The translations under genes and the position numbers were made by a program. 64,000 nt of DNA. Origin: an uncultured Rikenellaceae bacterium. Lineage in GTDB: Bacteria > Bacteroidota > Bacteroidia > Bacteroidales > VadinHA17. The stretch lies in the NCBI GenBank assembly GCA_964613785.1, contig CAZTJT010000007.1:64153-128152 (forward strand). The letters run 5' to 3'. Shown here one piece after another: positions 28,826 to 36,956 of the stretch. A model generated the notes under the pieces. That model made no database searches. It saw only the letters and a program-made list of their open reading frames with translations, and was not told the origin of the DNA. Position 1 is the first letter of the stretch, and every line of letters begins with the position of its first letter.

Positions 28826-30841
28826 ATGAGCAGGATACTAGAATACCTTGAGATTAAGCCATCAGAGCAGTCAGTAGATTATGTTAAAAACAAGAAGCAG
28901 TTTCATCTTTTCACACTATTAACCGAACAGAGGCATCCCAAAACATTAACCCTGAGTTCGACAATAGCTGAGGACACCGAGAAAGGTCTGAGAATGCTGC
29001 TTTCTGTCGATGAAGACATCACGGTAAGAATTGAAGATCTGTGTAAAAACCCACAATCCCTTCAGAATGCTGTCAACGCCATGCATAAGGCTATCGCTAA
29101 TGGGAAAAAGATATATTTTTATGGCTGCGGCGCCACAGGAAGGCTTGCAAAGCAGATGGAAAGCACTTTCTGGAGGCCGTTCTGGAGAAAGATCAGACAG
29201 TCAGAATACTGGACGAAGCTTAAGGATCACCTGCCATCAGATATTGAAGAAAGGCTTATCGGTGAGATGACAGGGGCCGACAGGGCTCTTATCAGCTCCC
29301 TTGAAGGGTTTGAAGATCTGCAGCTTATCGGAAAATTGCAGCTTTACGACCGGGGGATAGAAAAAGGCGATGCGGTGTTTTGCGTGACCGAAGGAGGAGA
29401 AACTTCATCAGTTATTGGAACAATTCTGGCTGCCTGGAGGCAATATGGAGAGGATCAGGCAGACCAAAATAATTCCGAATCAGCCAAAAACCTTTATTTT
29501 GCCTATAATAATCCTGACGAGCTACTGCTGCCGTTCGACAGAAGCAGGAGCGTTATTGAAAACAAAGGCATAACAAAACTTAATTTCACTACCGGTCCAC
29601 AGGGAATCACAGGCTCTACCCGTTTGCAGGCAACTACCAGCGAGACCTTCATCCTTGGAGCAGTGATGGAAGAGGCATTGTACAGAATTCTAAGTGATTT
29701 TCTTGATGAGAAAACACTTACCAACCTGGGATTTGAGAAAGGACTGGATCTTTCAGGCAGACTTCTTTCATTTGGAGATATAAGGAAAAGCGTTGATGAT
29801 AAGGCTGCCGATATTGCCCGGTTTACTGAACTTGAGGCTTCGGCTTACGAAAACAAGCATTTTTCAACATACTTTGCAAGAGAAGCCATGGTCACCGTAT
29901 TCATTGACAGTACTGAACGCAGCCCCACCTTTAAACTTTTCCCACTGGATACTATAGAAGAGCAAAAACGCAAGTCGTGGATACAGGTATGGACCGACAG
30001 TAAAAGCATTGAAGAAGCCTGGCAGGTATTCCTTGGCAGAAATTTCAGGGGACTGGAAGATTCCTATTACAGATCTGCTTTTGAGAATGAGATCGACGAC
30101 CCGTATCTTAAGGATGTTGCTCTGAAAAGTCTCCTGAAGGCGGGAAATGACCAGCAGTACCTTTACGACCTGTCGTTTTCAGAGTCAAACATAATCAAAA
30201 GAGGACCGAAGCCTGGCGACATCGGAGTTATTGTATGTGTCGACGAAGAAAGAAACAGTGTTGATGATCCTGGCTCATCATTCGGCAGGTTTGGTTCAAT
30301 GGTAAAGTCGAATGGTGGCAAGGTAGCTGTAGTATCAGTCACAGATGCCGGAAGATCTCTTATTGAACACTCTTTCAGAGGTGATGTTGAAGTACCGGTT
30401 ATAATTCCGGGCTTCCCCGATCCCATAGGATTAAGAAGGCAGATGGCTCTCAAGATGCTCCTCAATGCACATTCAACAGCAATGATGGCAAAACTTGGAA
30501 GAGTAACCGGAAATACCATGACAAATGTCAACCCCAGCAATCTCAAGCTTATCGGAAGGGCCACTTTTCTCGTGATGAGCCACGTTAATGATGTCATTGC
30601 CCGCGATGAGTGGGCACTACGTTACGGCAAACAGGATATGGTAACCTTTGAGGAAGTCAATGCAGTTCTGTATGATGCGATTGAATTCATGGCAGTTAAG
30701 AATCCTGAGCAGACTGCAGAAGTTGCACTGTCAATAATAAGGATTCTCGAAGCGCTGAAAAGCAGAACCTACATCAGCTGGGACGACGCTTTGTCAATTC
30801 TGGCATCAAAAGGATTGAACAGATACCTTCAGGAAGCCTGA
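28826..30841 (+). CDS. Glucokinase-regulatory-protein-like double SIS-domain protein (MurQ/GCKR family)
   Basis: 671-aa ORF with no signal peptide. LTEQRHPKT, YFYGCGATGRLAKQ, GITGSTRLQATTSETFILGAV and MTNVNPSNLKLIGRATFLV align by eye with the MurQ/GCKR blocks TE.RNP.T, G.GTSGR, SGS(T/S)R(L/M)K.G and N.KL..RA. The length matches GKRP rather than the ~300-aa MurQ etherase. Confidence 0.65.
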   Translation: MSRILEYLEIKPSEQSVDYVKNKKQFHLFTLLTEQRHPKTLTLSSTIAEDTEKGLRMLLSVDEDITVRIEDLCKNPQSLQNAVNAMHKAIANGKKIYFYGCGATGRLAKQMESTFWRPFWRKIRQSEYWTKLKDHLPSDIEERLIGEMTGADRALISSLEGFEDLQLIGKLQLYDRGIEKGDAVFCVTEGGETSSVIGTILAAWRQYGEDQADQNNSESAKNLYFAYNNPDELLLPFDRSRSVIENKGITKLNFTTGPQGITGSTRLQATTSETFILGAVMEEALYRILSDFLDEKTLTNLGFEKGLDLSGRLLSFGDIRKSVDDKAADIARFTELEASAYENKHFSTYFAREAMVTVFIDSTERSPTFKLFPLDTIEEQKRKSWIQVWTDSKSIEEAWQVFLGRNFRGLEDSYYRSAFENEIDDPYLKDVALKSLLKAGNDQQYLYDLSFSESNIIKRGPKPGDIGVIVCVDEERNSVDDPGSSFGRFGSMVKSNGGKVAVVSVTDAGRSLIEHSFRGDVEVPVIIPGFPDPIGLRRQMALKMLLNAHSTAMMAKLGRVTGNTMTNVNPSNLKLIGRATFLVMSHVNDVIARDEWALRYGKQDMVTFEEVNAVLYDAIEFMAVKNPEQTAEVALSIIRILEALKSRTYISWDDALSILASKGLNRYLQEA

Positions 30842-30842
30842 A

Positions 30843-31913
30843 TTATTTGTATGCAAGTTCAACCCTTAGAACTGAATTCTCCCCTGTCATTACGTTCCTT
30901 ACATCGTATGAAAGGGGCCCGGTAAACTTCTTATTGATCACCACCCTTGTAACGGTGTTGGCTGGAAGATTCAGTGAACCAGGCGCTTCAGCCGGACCAT
31001 TGACAAGTGAAAAAGAAATATCCGACCTGTTTGTAATCTCAAAGAAGATACTCCTGTCGTTCTGGTAAAATGGTTTTGATACAGAGATGCACTGATGGAA
31101 AAATGGCTTCGCAAATTCCTCCCTTCCTGCAATTACATCCTTGAAATAGGCAAGAGTACGCCCTGCAAACAGGGCTTCCTTTAAAGCGTCGTGTGTTCTT
31201 GCTTTGGCAAAAACAAGGGTCATAGGCCGGTTTGTATATTCAGGCTTCTGATAATCTTCGCTTATGTTCCCGTGTTTGTCGCTGTTAGCCATCACGGCAA
31301 GGTTGTTTTCTTTACAGAAAGTGAGGACCAGTGGATAGTATTCACTGTCGTTAAAGAATTCAATTCCATGGATCCATTTCTTCTCGAGGTAGCTTTTATG
31401 AAGCTGATACAGTTTCGGAATCCCGTCAGGTTCCTGAGCCCTCCATCCTGGATGATTCCACTGGATAAATGCTCCCTGTTTGACGGCTGCCTCAATCGCG
31501 TCCGATACAGAATCTTTGTCGAGAGCATTAGCATCAGTAATGAAAAGGGCGTTAAGATGACCGGGAGGCATGGAACGGGTGATTTCGGCGCCATGCACCA
31601 GGATAATGTTGCCTTCTGCTGCAACGCCCTGCGAGATCTTCCATGCGGCATTGTGGTCAACCGGGATGTAATTTTTATGAGGAAGGTATTCAATGTGGTC
31701 AGTTATTGAGATGGCATCAAGACCATCCCTGTAGGCTTCTGCCACCCTGTTTACCGGCCATACTGACCCGTCAGAAAACACAGTGTGAAGATGAAAGTCA
31801 CATTTAAGGGTCACATATCCCTGTATATCCGGAATATTGACAATTTTTCTCTGCCCGTAACCTGCAATGGAAACGGCCGTTATCAGTGATAGGAATAATA
31901 TGAGTTTTTTCAT
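30843..31913 (-). CDS. Exported PHP-domain metallophosphoesterase (Sb-PDE-type phosphodiesterase family)
   Basis: 356-aa ORF with a signal peptide. CDFHLHTVFSDG and ISITDH form a PHP-type His/Asp metal-binding pattern. The stop lies 1 nt from the convergent upstream gene's stop. Confidence 0.7.
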   Translation of the reverse strand: MKKLILFLSLITAVSIAGYGQRKIVNIPDIQGYVTLKCDFHLHTVFSDGSVWPVNRVAEAYRDGLDAISITDHIEYLPHKNYIPVDHNAAWKISQGVAAEGNIILVHGAEITRSMPPGHLNALFITDANALDKDSVSDAIEAAVKQGAFIQWNHPGWRAQEPDGIPKLYQLHKSYLEKKWIHGIEFFNDSEYYPLVLTFCKENNLAVMANSDKHGNISEDYQKPEYTNRPMTLVFAKARTHDALKEALFAGRTLAYFKDVIAGREEFAKPFFHQCISVSKPFYQNDRSIFFEITNRSDISFSLVNGPAEAPGSLNLPANTVTRVVINKKFTGPLSYDVRNVMTGENSVLRVELAYK

Positions 31914-31963
31914 TGATAGATTTATGTTTGGTTTATATTCTTGCCTTTAATATTATGTTTTAA

Positions 31964-32059
31964 CATCAGAGTATCACGGAGTTTTTGCGGAGTTCCACGG
32001 ATAGTAATACTTTATTAACTCTGTGTTTTACTTCGTGTAACTTAGTGTTCCCCTCAGTA
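31964..32059. repeat. Phased-word inverted element, copy 4
   Basis: Left-arm words are ATCAGAG 31965, CACGGAG 31975, TGCGGAG 31986 and CACGGAT 31996. Right-arm words are CTCTGTG 32019, CTTCGTG 32031, CTTAGTG 32041 and CTCAGTA 32053. Confidence 0.8.
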
Positions 32060-32084
32060 GTTAACTTTTTTCTTCAAAACTTCA

Positions 32085-32705
32085 TTATATCTCCTCATAA
32101 AAATAAGCTATTTTCTCATCCGCATCGTCCCAGCTAAAGAGCTTTTTGTTCCTGTTTATCCAGTAAAAGTTCAGCATCGCAAAATCTCCGGCGCACATTG
32201 TAGTATGAACAAAAAGGAACAATGACATGCTCCATTTCCACAAACCGGGAAGTGAAAGAACAAGATAAACAAGGACCATTGTAGTTATGATGAAAGGTAG
32301 CCAGGCGACAAGGCTGAACTGTCTTCTGGTAGTTGCATGCCTGTGGGCAGTCACATAAAACATATACTGCTTGAGGTCCATCCCTACTCTGATTTTCTTT
32401 GCTCCGGTAAGATAATATGGAATTATATGCAATAATTCATGAAGGGGAATATACAGCAAAGGAAAAACCACCAGTCCGAGTATTGAATGAAGGAAAATAT
32501 TCCTGAAGGGAAAATAACCGCTCAGATTTACCCTGACCGTTAATGCTAATCCAAGAGTTATAATGCATGTTGACCAGAAAAAAATCATCATTCCCGACTT
32601 TCTGCGAATGTAATCCAGAACAAATACAACAAGTTCATCGTAAGGTATTTTCAATAACTGCCTGTATCTTGACTGATCCTCAAGATCATCAACTTTCAGT
32701 GCCAT
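32085..32705 (-). CDS. DUF3267-like membrane protein with an HExxH zincin motif
   Basis: The ORF is open up to GTG 32804, but that codon sits inside a heptamer repeat tract, so ATG 32705 is preferred. It has several TM helices and PLHELLHIIPYYL. Confidence 0.55.
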   Translation of the reverse strand: MALKVDDLEDQSRYRQLLKIPYDELVVFVLDYIRRKSGMMIFFWSTCIITLGLALTVRVNLSGYFPFRNIFLHSILGLVVFPLLYIPLHELLHIIPYYLTGAKKIRVGMDLKQYMFYVTAHRHATTRRQFSLVAWLPFIITTMVLVYLVLSLPGLWKWSMSLFLFVHTTMCAGDFAMLNFYWINRNKKLFSWDDADEKIAYFYEEI

Positions 32706-32797
32706 AAAATAAGCTTTTGCCAAATTTAGCTCTTTGGCGAAGTATTGCAAAGGGAAAATCAATAAATCGCGGGAGAAAGTTGCTGGTTGATGGGTGT

Positions 32798-32874
32798 CAG
32801 GCACCAGGCACCAGGCTCCAGGCTACTAATCAACTGATCACGGATCACTCCGTACTCATTACTGAATACTGATT
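32798..32874. repeat. 77-bp tract of 11 in-phase heptamers
   Basis: CAGGCAC CAGGCAC CAGGCTC CAGGCTA CTAATCA ACTGATC ACGGATC ACTCCGT ACTCATT ACTGAAT ACTGATT, read directly from 32798. It lies between the TIR gene stop and the DUF3267-like gene. Confidence 0.8.
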
Positions 32875-32920
32875 TTTTTAGAATCGTCAGCAGTTACCCG
32901 GGAACCAGTGATGGATTTTT

Positions 32921-35110
32921 TTAAACTGGCAGCTTTAGCCTTTTTGTCATCTCAATAAACCTGGGTTCATTTTGCAACGGTTTAAAATAAAAATCGGCTT
33001 TCATCCATGGTACAAAATCTCCCCGGTTCTTAAAGGCAATTTCCAGACAGTCGAGCGCTTTTTCTTTTTCACCCATAGTGGCATATACTTCAGCCAATCC
33101 CCAGGCATACCACCAGTAATTCCTGTTTTTCTCCATCTCTGCAACAACCTGCATTGCTTTATCTTTCTGTCCTGCCCGTGCATATGCAATCCCCAGGCCA
33201 CTTTCATATCCGGGACTGATAGCAAGGCTTTTTTTACATGCTTCTATACCCTCATAATACATCCCCATTTCCGTATACGCAGAACCAATAAGGTAATATG
33301 CAAGAGTACTGTCGGATTGAAGCTGAAGCAATTTCTGCCCTTCCCTTAATGCATCCTCAAATCTTCCGAAATACAGATACAACCATGACAGATACCCCTG
33401 GGCAACCTGATCGGTAGGGTCAATTTCCAGAGCTTTCTTCATCGCAACAGCTGCCTCATCGACTTTATTCCTGAGAGCAAGGTACCAGCCATATGTATAA
33501 TGTACTGACGGGATATTCGGATTTAATTCCATTGCACGTTTGAGCGAGTGTTCGGTGGCCGGGAAATCCCACTCAGTATAAAGGTAACGCATTGCAAGTA
33601 CGGCATGGGCCTCGGCAAGTGTTGAGTCGAGTGAAAGAGCCTTAAGGGCATATCCCTTTGCCAGATTTGAGGCATCCTGGGCCACAGGAGATGTATGTCC
33701 TGCTGTGCTGTAGCCAATTGCTAAACCAAGATATGGCAAAGGATCGGCAGGATCCTTTGCTATCGCCTGGTTAAAGCATTTCAGACCTTTTTCAAAATCC
33801 TCTGCAGTGCGTTTGTTCATGTAATAAAGTCCCCTGTCATAAGCCTTAAGTATTTCAGGATTATGACTTTTCCGGCCGGCAATTTTTTTCTCATCATCCG
33901 GAAGTATGTTGATCTGGATGCCATCCATTATTCTTCGGATAATTTCATTGTATGTGGAGGTAATGTTGTTCCAGTTCTGATTGAAGGTTGAGCTCCATAT
34001 TACTTTTTCTGACGGGAAAGCTTCAATAAGACTTACTTCGATCTGAAGATTCTCCTCTGATCCGATAATTGATGACTGGATTATGTTATTAACACTCAGC
34101 TTCTTTGCAATCTGCTGGGGCGGTTCTTTGGTATCCCTGAACTGCATCGTCGACAAGTCGGGCCTTACAATAAGATTACTCAGCTGTCCCAGCTGATTAC
34201 ATAATGTCCTCTGGATACCGGAAGCAATATAATCAAGCTCGGGATTTCCGGTAAAATTTGAGACAGGCAGCACTGCAATCGCTTTTCTCACAAGATCTGA
34301 TCCGGAAATCTCTGATTTGGCCTTGTTTATAAACTTTGGAACGAAGATGGCCAGTGCAAGCAATGCCATTATTCCAAGGGAGATCCATAAAATTGTTGTT
34401 GTCGGGATTTTCCCAATCCTGGCCCTTTTCTTTGAAGCAATTCCTGGTCTGGTGCCATAAATTTCCTTCTTATCCCTTGTCTGATAAGTCTTTATAATCC
34501 TTTTTTGTTGCTCGGGATGAAGGCCGTAAATTATTTCCTTTACAGCATTCGCAACTTTGTTTATCTGGTCGCGGTAGTATGTTTTATTAAGATTCCTCTC
34601 GGGATTGTCTTCCGGTTTAAGTGGTCTGTTTACTCCAGCGCTTGAATATATGAAATCTATTGACCGCAACCTGCAGCCCAGTTCATTCTCGATTAGTTCC
34701 GTGTCGGAGACGTCGAGATCATGTATTTTTATCGGGATGATCCTGCTGCACACATTCCCTGAGGGCAGTTTGATATCCCTGCCTATTGTTTCGGCAGCAG
34801 CCATTTTGTTGAATGCCACAAATTCGTTCTGCCAGGCAAAGCTTTTAGGATCGCAGTATGTCTGCGATATTACCGGCATGAATATGACTGACTTGAGCTT
34901 GTTCTCCAGGCTTTTGTTTACATTGTGTATCTCAAGGAGTCCGTCATGCGGATTCTCATCGAAATAGATTGAGACATCCTCTTTGAATGTAGCTTCGATC
35001 TCTCTTTTCAGATGGTCAATGAATTCTGTTACCCAGCCATCATACTTGTTGTCTTTCTGGCGGTAGCTTATGAATATGTCATACTCATACCCGGGAATAA
35101 TACTTGCCAT
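32921..35110 (-). CDS. Membrane-anchored TIR-domain protein with an extracytoplasmic TolB-N-like module and TPR repeats
   Basis: 729-aa ORF. YDIFISYRQKDN starts a TIR fold, and VIFMPVISQTYCDPKSFAWQNEFVAF carries the conserved W..E Glu at residue 96. One TM helix spans about residues 237-259 (TTILWISLGIMALLALAIFVPKF). KAIAVLPVSNFTGNPELDYIASGI follows, then about 300 aa of TPR repeats. Confidence 0.8.
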   Translation of the reverse strand: MASIIPGYEYDIFISYRQKDNKYDGWVTEFIDHLKREIEATFKEDVSIYFDENPHDGLLEIHNVNKSLENKLKSVIFMPVISQTYCDPKSFAWQNEFVAFNKMAAAETIGRDIKLPSGNVCSRIIPIKIHDLDVSDTELIENELGCRLRSIDFIYSSAGVNRPLKPEDNPERNLNKTYYRDQINKVANAVKEIIYGLHPEQQKRIIKTYQTRDKKEIYGTRPGIASKKRARIGKIPTTTILWISLGIMALLALAIFVPKFINKAKSEISGSDLVRKAIAVLPVSNFTGNPELDYIASGIQRTLCNQLGQLSNLIVRPDLSTMQFRDTKEPPQQIAKKLSVNNIIQSSIIGSEENLQIEVSLIEAFPSEKVIWSSTFNQNWNNITSTYNEIIRRIMDGIQINILPDDEKKIAGRKSHNPEILKAYDRGLYYMNKRTAEDFEKGLKCFNQAIAKDPADPLPYLGLAIGYSTAGHTSPVAQDASNLAKGYALKALSLDSTLAEAHAVLAMRYLYTEWDFPATEHSLKRAMELNPNIPSVHYTYGWYLALRNKVDEAAVAMKKALEIDPTDQVAQGYLSWLYLYFGRFEDALREGQKLLQLQSDSTLAYYLIGSAYTEMGMYYEGIEACKKSLAISPGYESGLGIAYARAGQKDKAMQVVAEMEKNRNYWWYAWGLAEVYATMGEKEKALDCLEIAFKNRGDFVPWMKADFYFKPLQNEPRFIEMTKRLKLPV

Positions 35111-35253
35111 AATTGACAGGAATTAGGTTAATCCAAAGAACCTTTTGCTGACTTTATATCAAAATTAAAACTTTGTAAAACACAAAGCAAAAATTTAACT
35201 CACCCAGTGCTGTAAATTAGTTACTTGCTACTTGTGAGATATTAAATCAATTA

Positions 35254-35351
35254 CACAAAGTTCCACATAGGATTTACAGTATTCTACGTAGTCGGCCAAC
35301 ATTATTAACATGACTCATTGGATCTCAGTGTATTCTTAATGAACCTCTGTG
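35254..35351. repeat. Phased-word inverted element, copy 5
   Basis: Left-arm words are CACAAAG 35254, CACATAG 35264, TACAGT 35275 and TACGTAG 35285. Right-arm words are CTCATTG 35314, CTCAGTG 35324, CTTAATG 35335 and CTCTGTG 35345. A small CTTTGT-AAAAC-ACAAAG hairpin sits nearby at 35171-35187. Confidence 0.75.
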
Positions 35352-35498
35352 TATTGTTCTTATTTTAATTTCTTTCGGCAATAAGGAGAATATTGTTGAC
35401 CTGAAATATTTTGTGCAGGAATACATTATGGTAATGTTGTACTTTTTGTGACAATTTTAATACTGAAATCATGTTTTATCAATTGGCCCATTATTTGA

Positions 35499-35506
35499 TA
35501 CCTTTG
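35499..35506 (+). promoter_or_regulatory. Candidate -7 box TACCTTTG for the DUF4294-like gene
   Basis: Matches TAnnTTTG, 18 nt upstream of the TTG start at 35524. Confidence 0.35.
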
Positions 35507-35523
35507 TACGAAATCAGTCCGTC

Positions 35524-36138
35524 TTGAGATACAGGGTTTTAATATTATCCTCCTTTATTTTCCTGGAAATTGCATCAGCCCAGACTGATACTTCTTTGTA
35601 CAGAATCGACACCCTGCCGCGGAACTTCTACCTTCTTCATACCAAGGAGCGGGACGGGGAAAGCCTTCCTGAAATAGACCTTAAGGAAGTGGTTATTATA
35701 GGCAGGCCTTCAAACTCAAAGAAATTTCCGTTCCGCAAGTATGAGAGGATGATCTATAATCTGAAAAAAGTCTATCCGTACGGCCTTGTCGTCAGAGCCA
35801 GACTTGAACAGGTTAACCGTGAACTTCTCAATATTCCCGATGAAAAGGAGAGAAAGAAATATCTCCGCCAGGTGGAGAAGGATGTTTTCGGAGAATATGA
35901 GGACGACGTGAGAAATATGACAATCACCCAGGGTAAGCTACTTATTAAGTTAATTGACCGTGAGACGAGAAATACATCCTATGAGCTTATCCAGTTTTAC
36001 AGAGGAAACCTCTCGGCCGCTTTCTGGCAGGGTATTGCCCGGATATTCGGTACTAACCTGAAAGCTGAATATGATCCTTATGGTGAAGACGCGGTGATGG
36101 AGATTATCCTTCGTGAAATAGAAGCCGGCCGGCTTTAG
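35524..36138 (+). CDS. Secreted DUF4294-like protein
   Basis: 204-aa ORF with a TTG start as in the track and a signal peptide (LEIASAQ). The family assignment is from memory only. Confidence 0.5.
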   Translation: MRYRVLILSSFIFLEIASAQTDTSLYRIDTLPRNFYLLHTKERDGESLPEIDLKEVVIIGRPSNSKKFPFRKYERMIYNLKKVYPYGLVVRARLEQVNRELLNIPDEKERKKYLRQVEKDVFGEYEDDVRNMTITQGKLLIKLIDRETRNTSYELIQFYRGNLSAAFWQGIARIFGTNLKAEYDPYGEDAVMEIILREIEAGRL

Positions 36139-36151
36139 GAATATTAAAGAA

Positions 36152-36709
36152 ATGAAAAGGATATTTATTGCAATCAAGATTGAAGCCGGAATGGAATTGC
36201 AACGGATGACAACAAATCTGAAGGCACTATTGGGTAATGAAAGCATAAAATGGGTCGATTTTCGGAATTTGCATCTTACACTTGTGTTCCTCGGCGATAC
36301 TGACAAAAGACGTATTGCTTCCCTTATTAGCCTGCTCAACGACAAATGTTCAGGGTTTGGAGAATTTGAATTCACTCTTGCAGGAACAGGTGTCTTCAGG
36401 AACTTCAGGGATCCTAGAGTCATCTGGGCAGGAATAAATCAACACAAGGAGCTGATAAGGCTGGGTGAGATTATAATCAATGCACTAAGGGAGAAGGGTT
36501 ATGATTTTGACGAAAAACCTTTGAGGCCTCACATCACTCTGGGTCGCATTAAAAGTATCAGGGATATTCAGAATCTGAAGAAGATCATGGAAAAATATTG
36601 TAATGTGGAACTCCAGATTGTAAACGTTAAAGAGGTTATCCTGTTTGAAAGTATCCTGAAGCAAACAGGTCCGATCTATAATCCTTTGGCCAGGTTCCCC
36701 CTTAATTAA
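36152..36709 (+). CDS. thpR: RNA 2',3'-cyclic phosphodiesterase (2H phosphoesterase, LigT/ThpR)
   Basis: 185-aa ORF with the two HxTx motifs HLTLVFLG and HITLGRI at the expected spacing. Confidence 0.85.
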   Translation: MKRIFIAIKIEAGMELQRMTTNLKALLGNESIKWVDFRNLHLTLVFLGDTDKRRIASLISLLNDKCSGFGEFEFTLAGTGVFRNFRDPRVIWAGINQHKELIRLGEIIINALREKGYDFDEKPLRPHITLGRIKSIRDIQNLKKIMEKYCNVELQIVNVKEVILFESILKQTGPIYNPLARFPLN

Positions 36710-36733
36710 TATCAGATCATTAGTTTCTTTTAC

Positions 36734-36823
36734 CACTGGGTCACACGGAGTATAAGGGAGTTTCACTGTCAGTTTCCACATTTTCAACCGTGTAACTCCG
36801 GATAACTCCGATTAACTCGGTGG
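36734..36823. repeat. Phased-word inverted element, copy 6
   Basis: Left-arm words are CACTGGG 36734, CACGGAG 36744, AAGGGAG 36754 and CACTGTC 36764. Right-arm words are ACCGTG 36787, CTCCGGA 36796, CTCCGAT 36806 and CTCGGTGG 36816. The right arm is three near-identical tandem 10-mers, TAACTCSG plus 2 nt. Confidence 0.8.
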
Positions 36824-36956
36824 TTAATGGATTTATTTTATTGCCAAGAATGTCAAGAATGAAAAAGAGGTTCGCTCTGAACTAATGTCAGCAGAAAGGT
36901 TATTGTTTTGATCTTTTTTTTATTTTCTTTACAGGCTCAAACCACCTGATTTTTGA

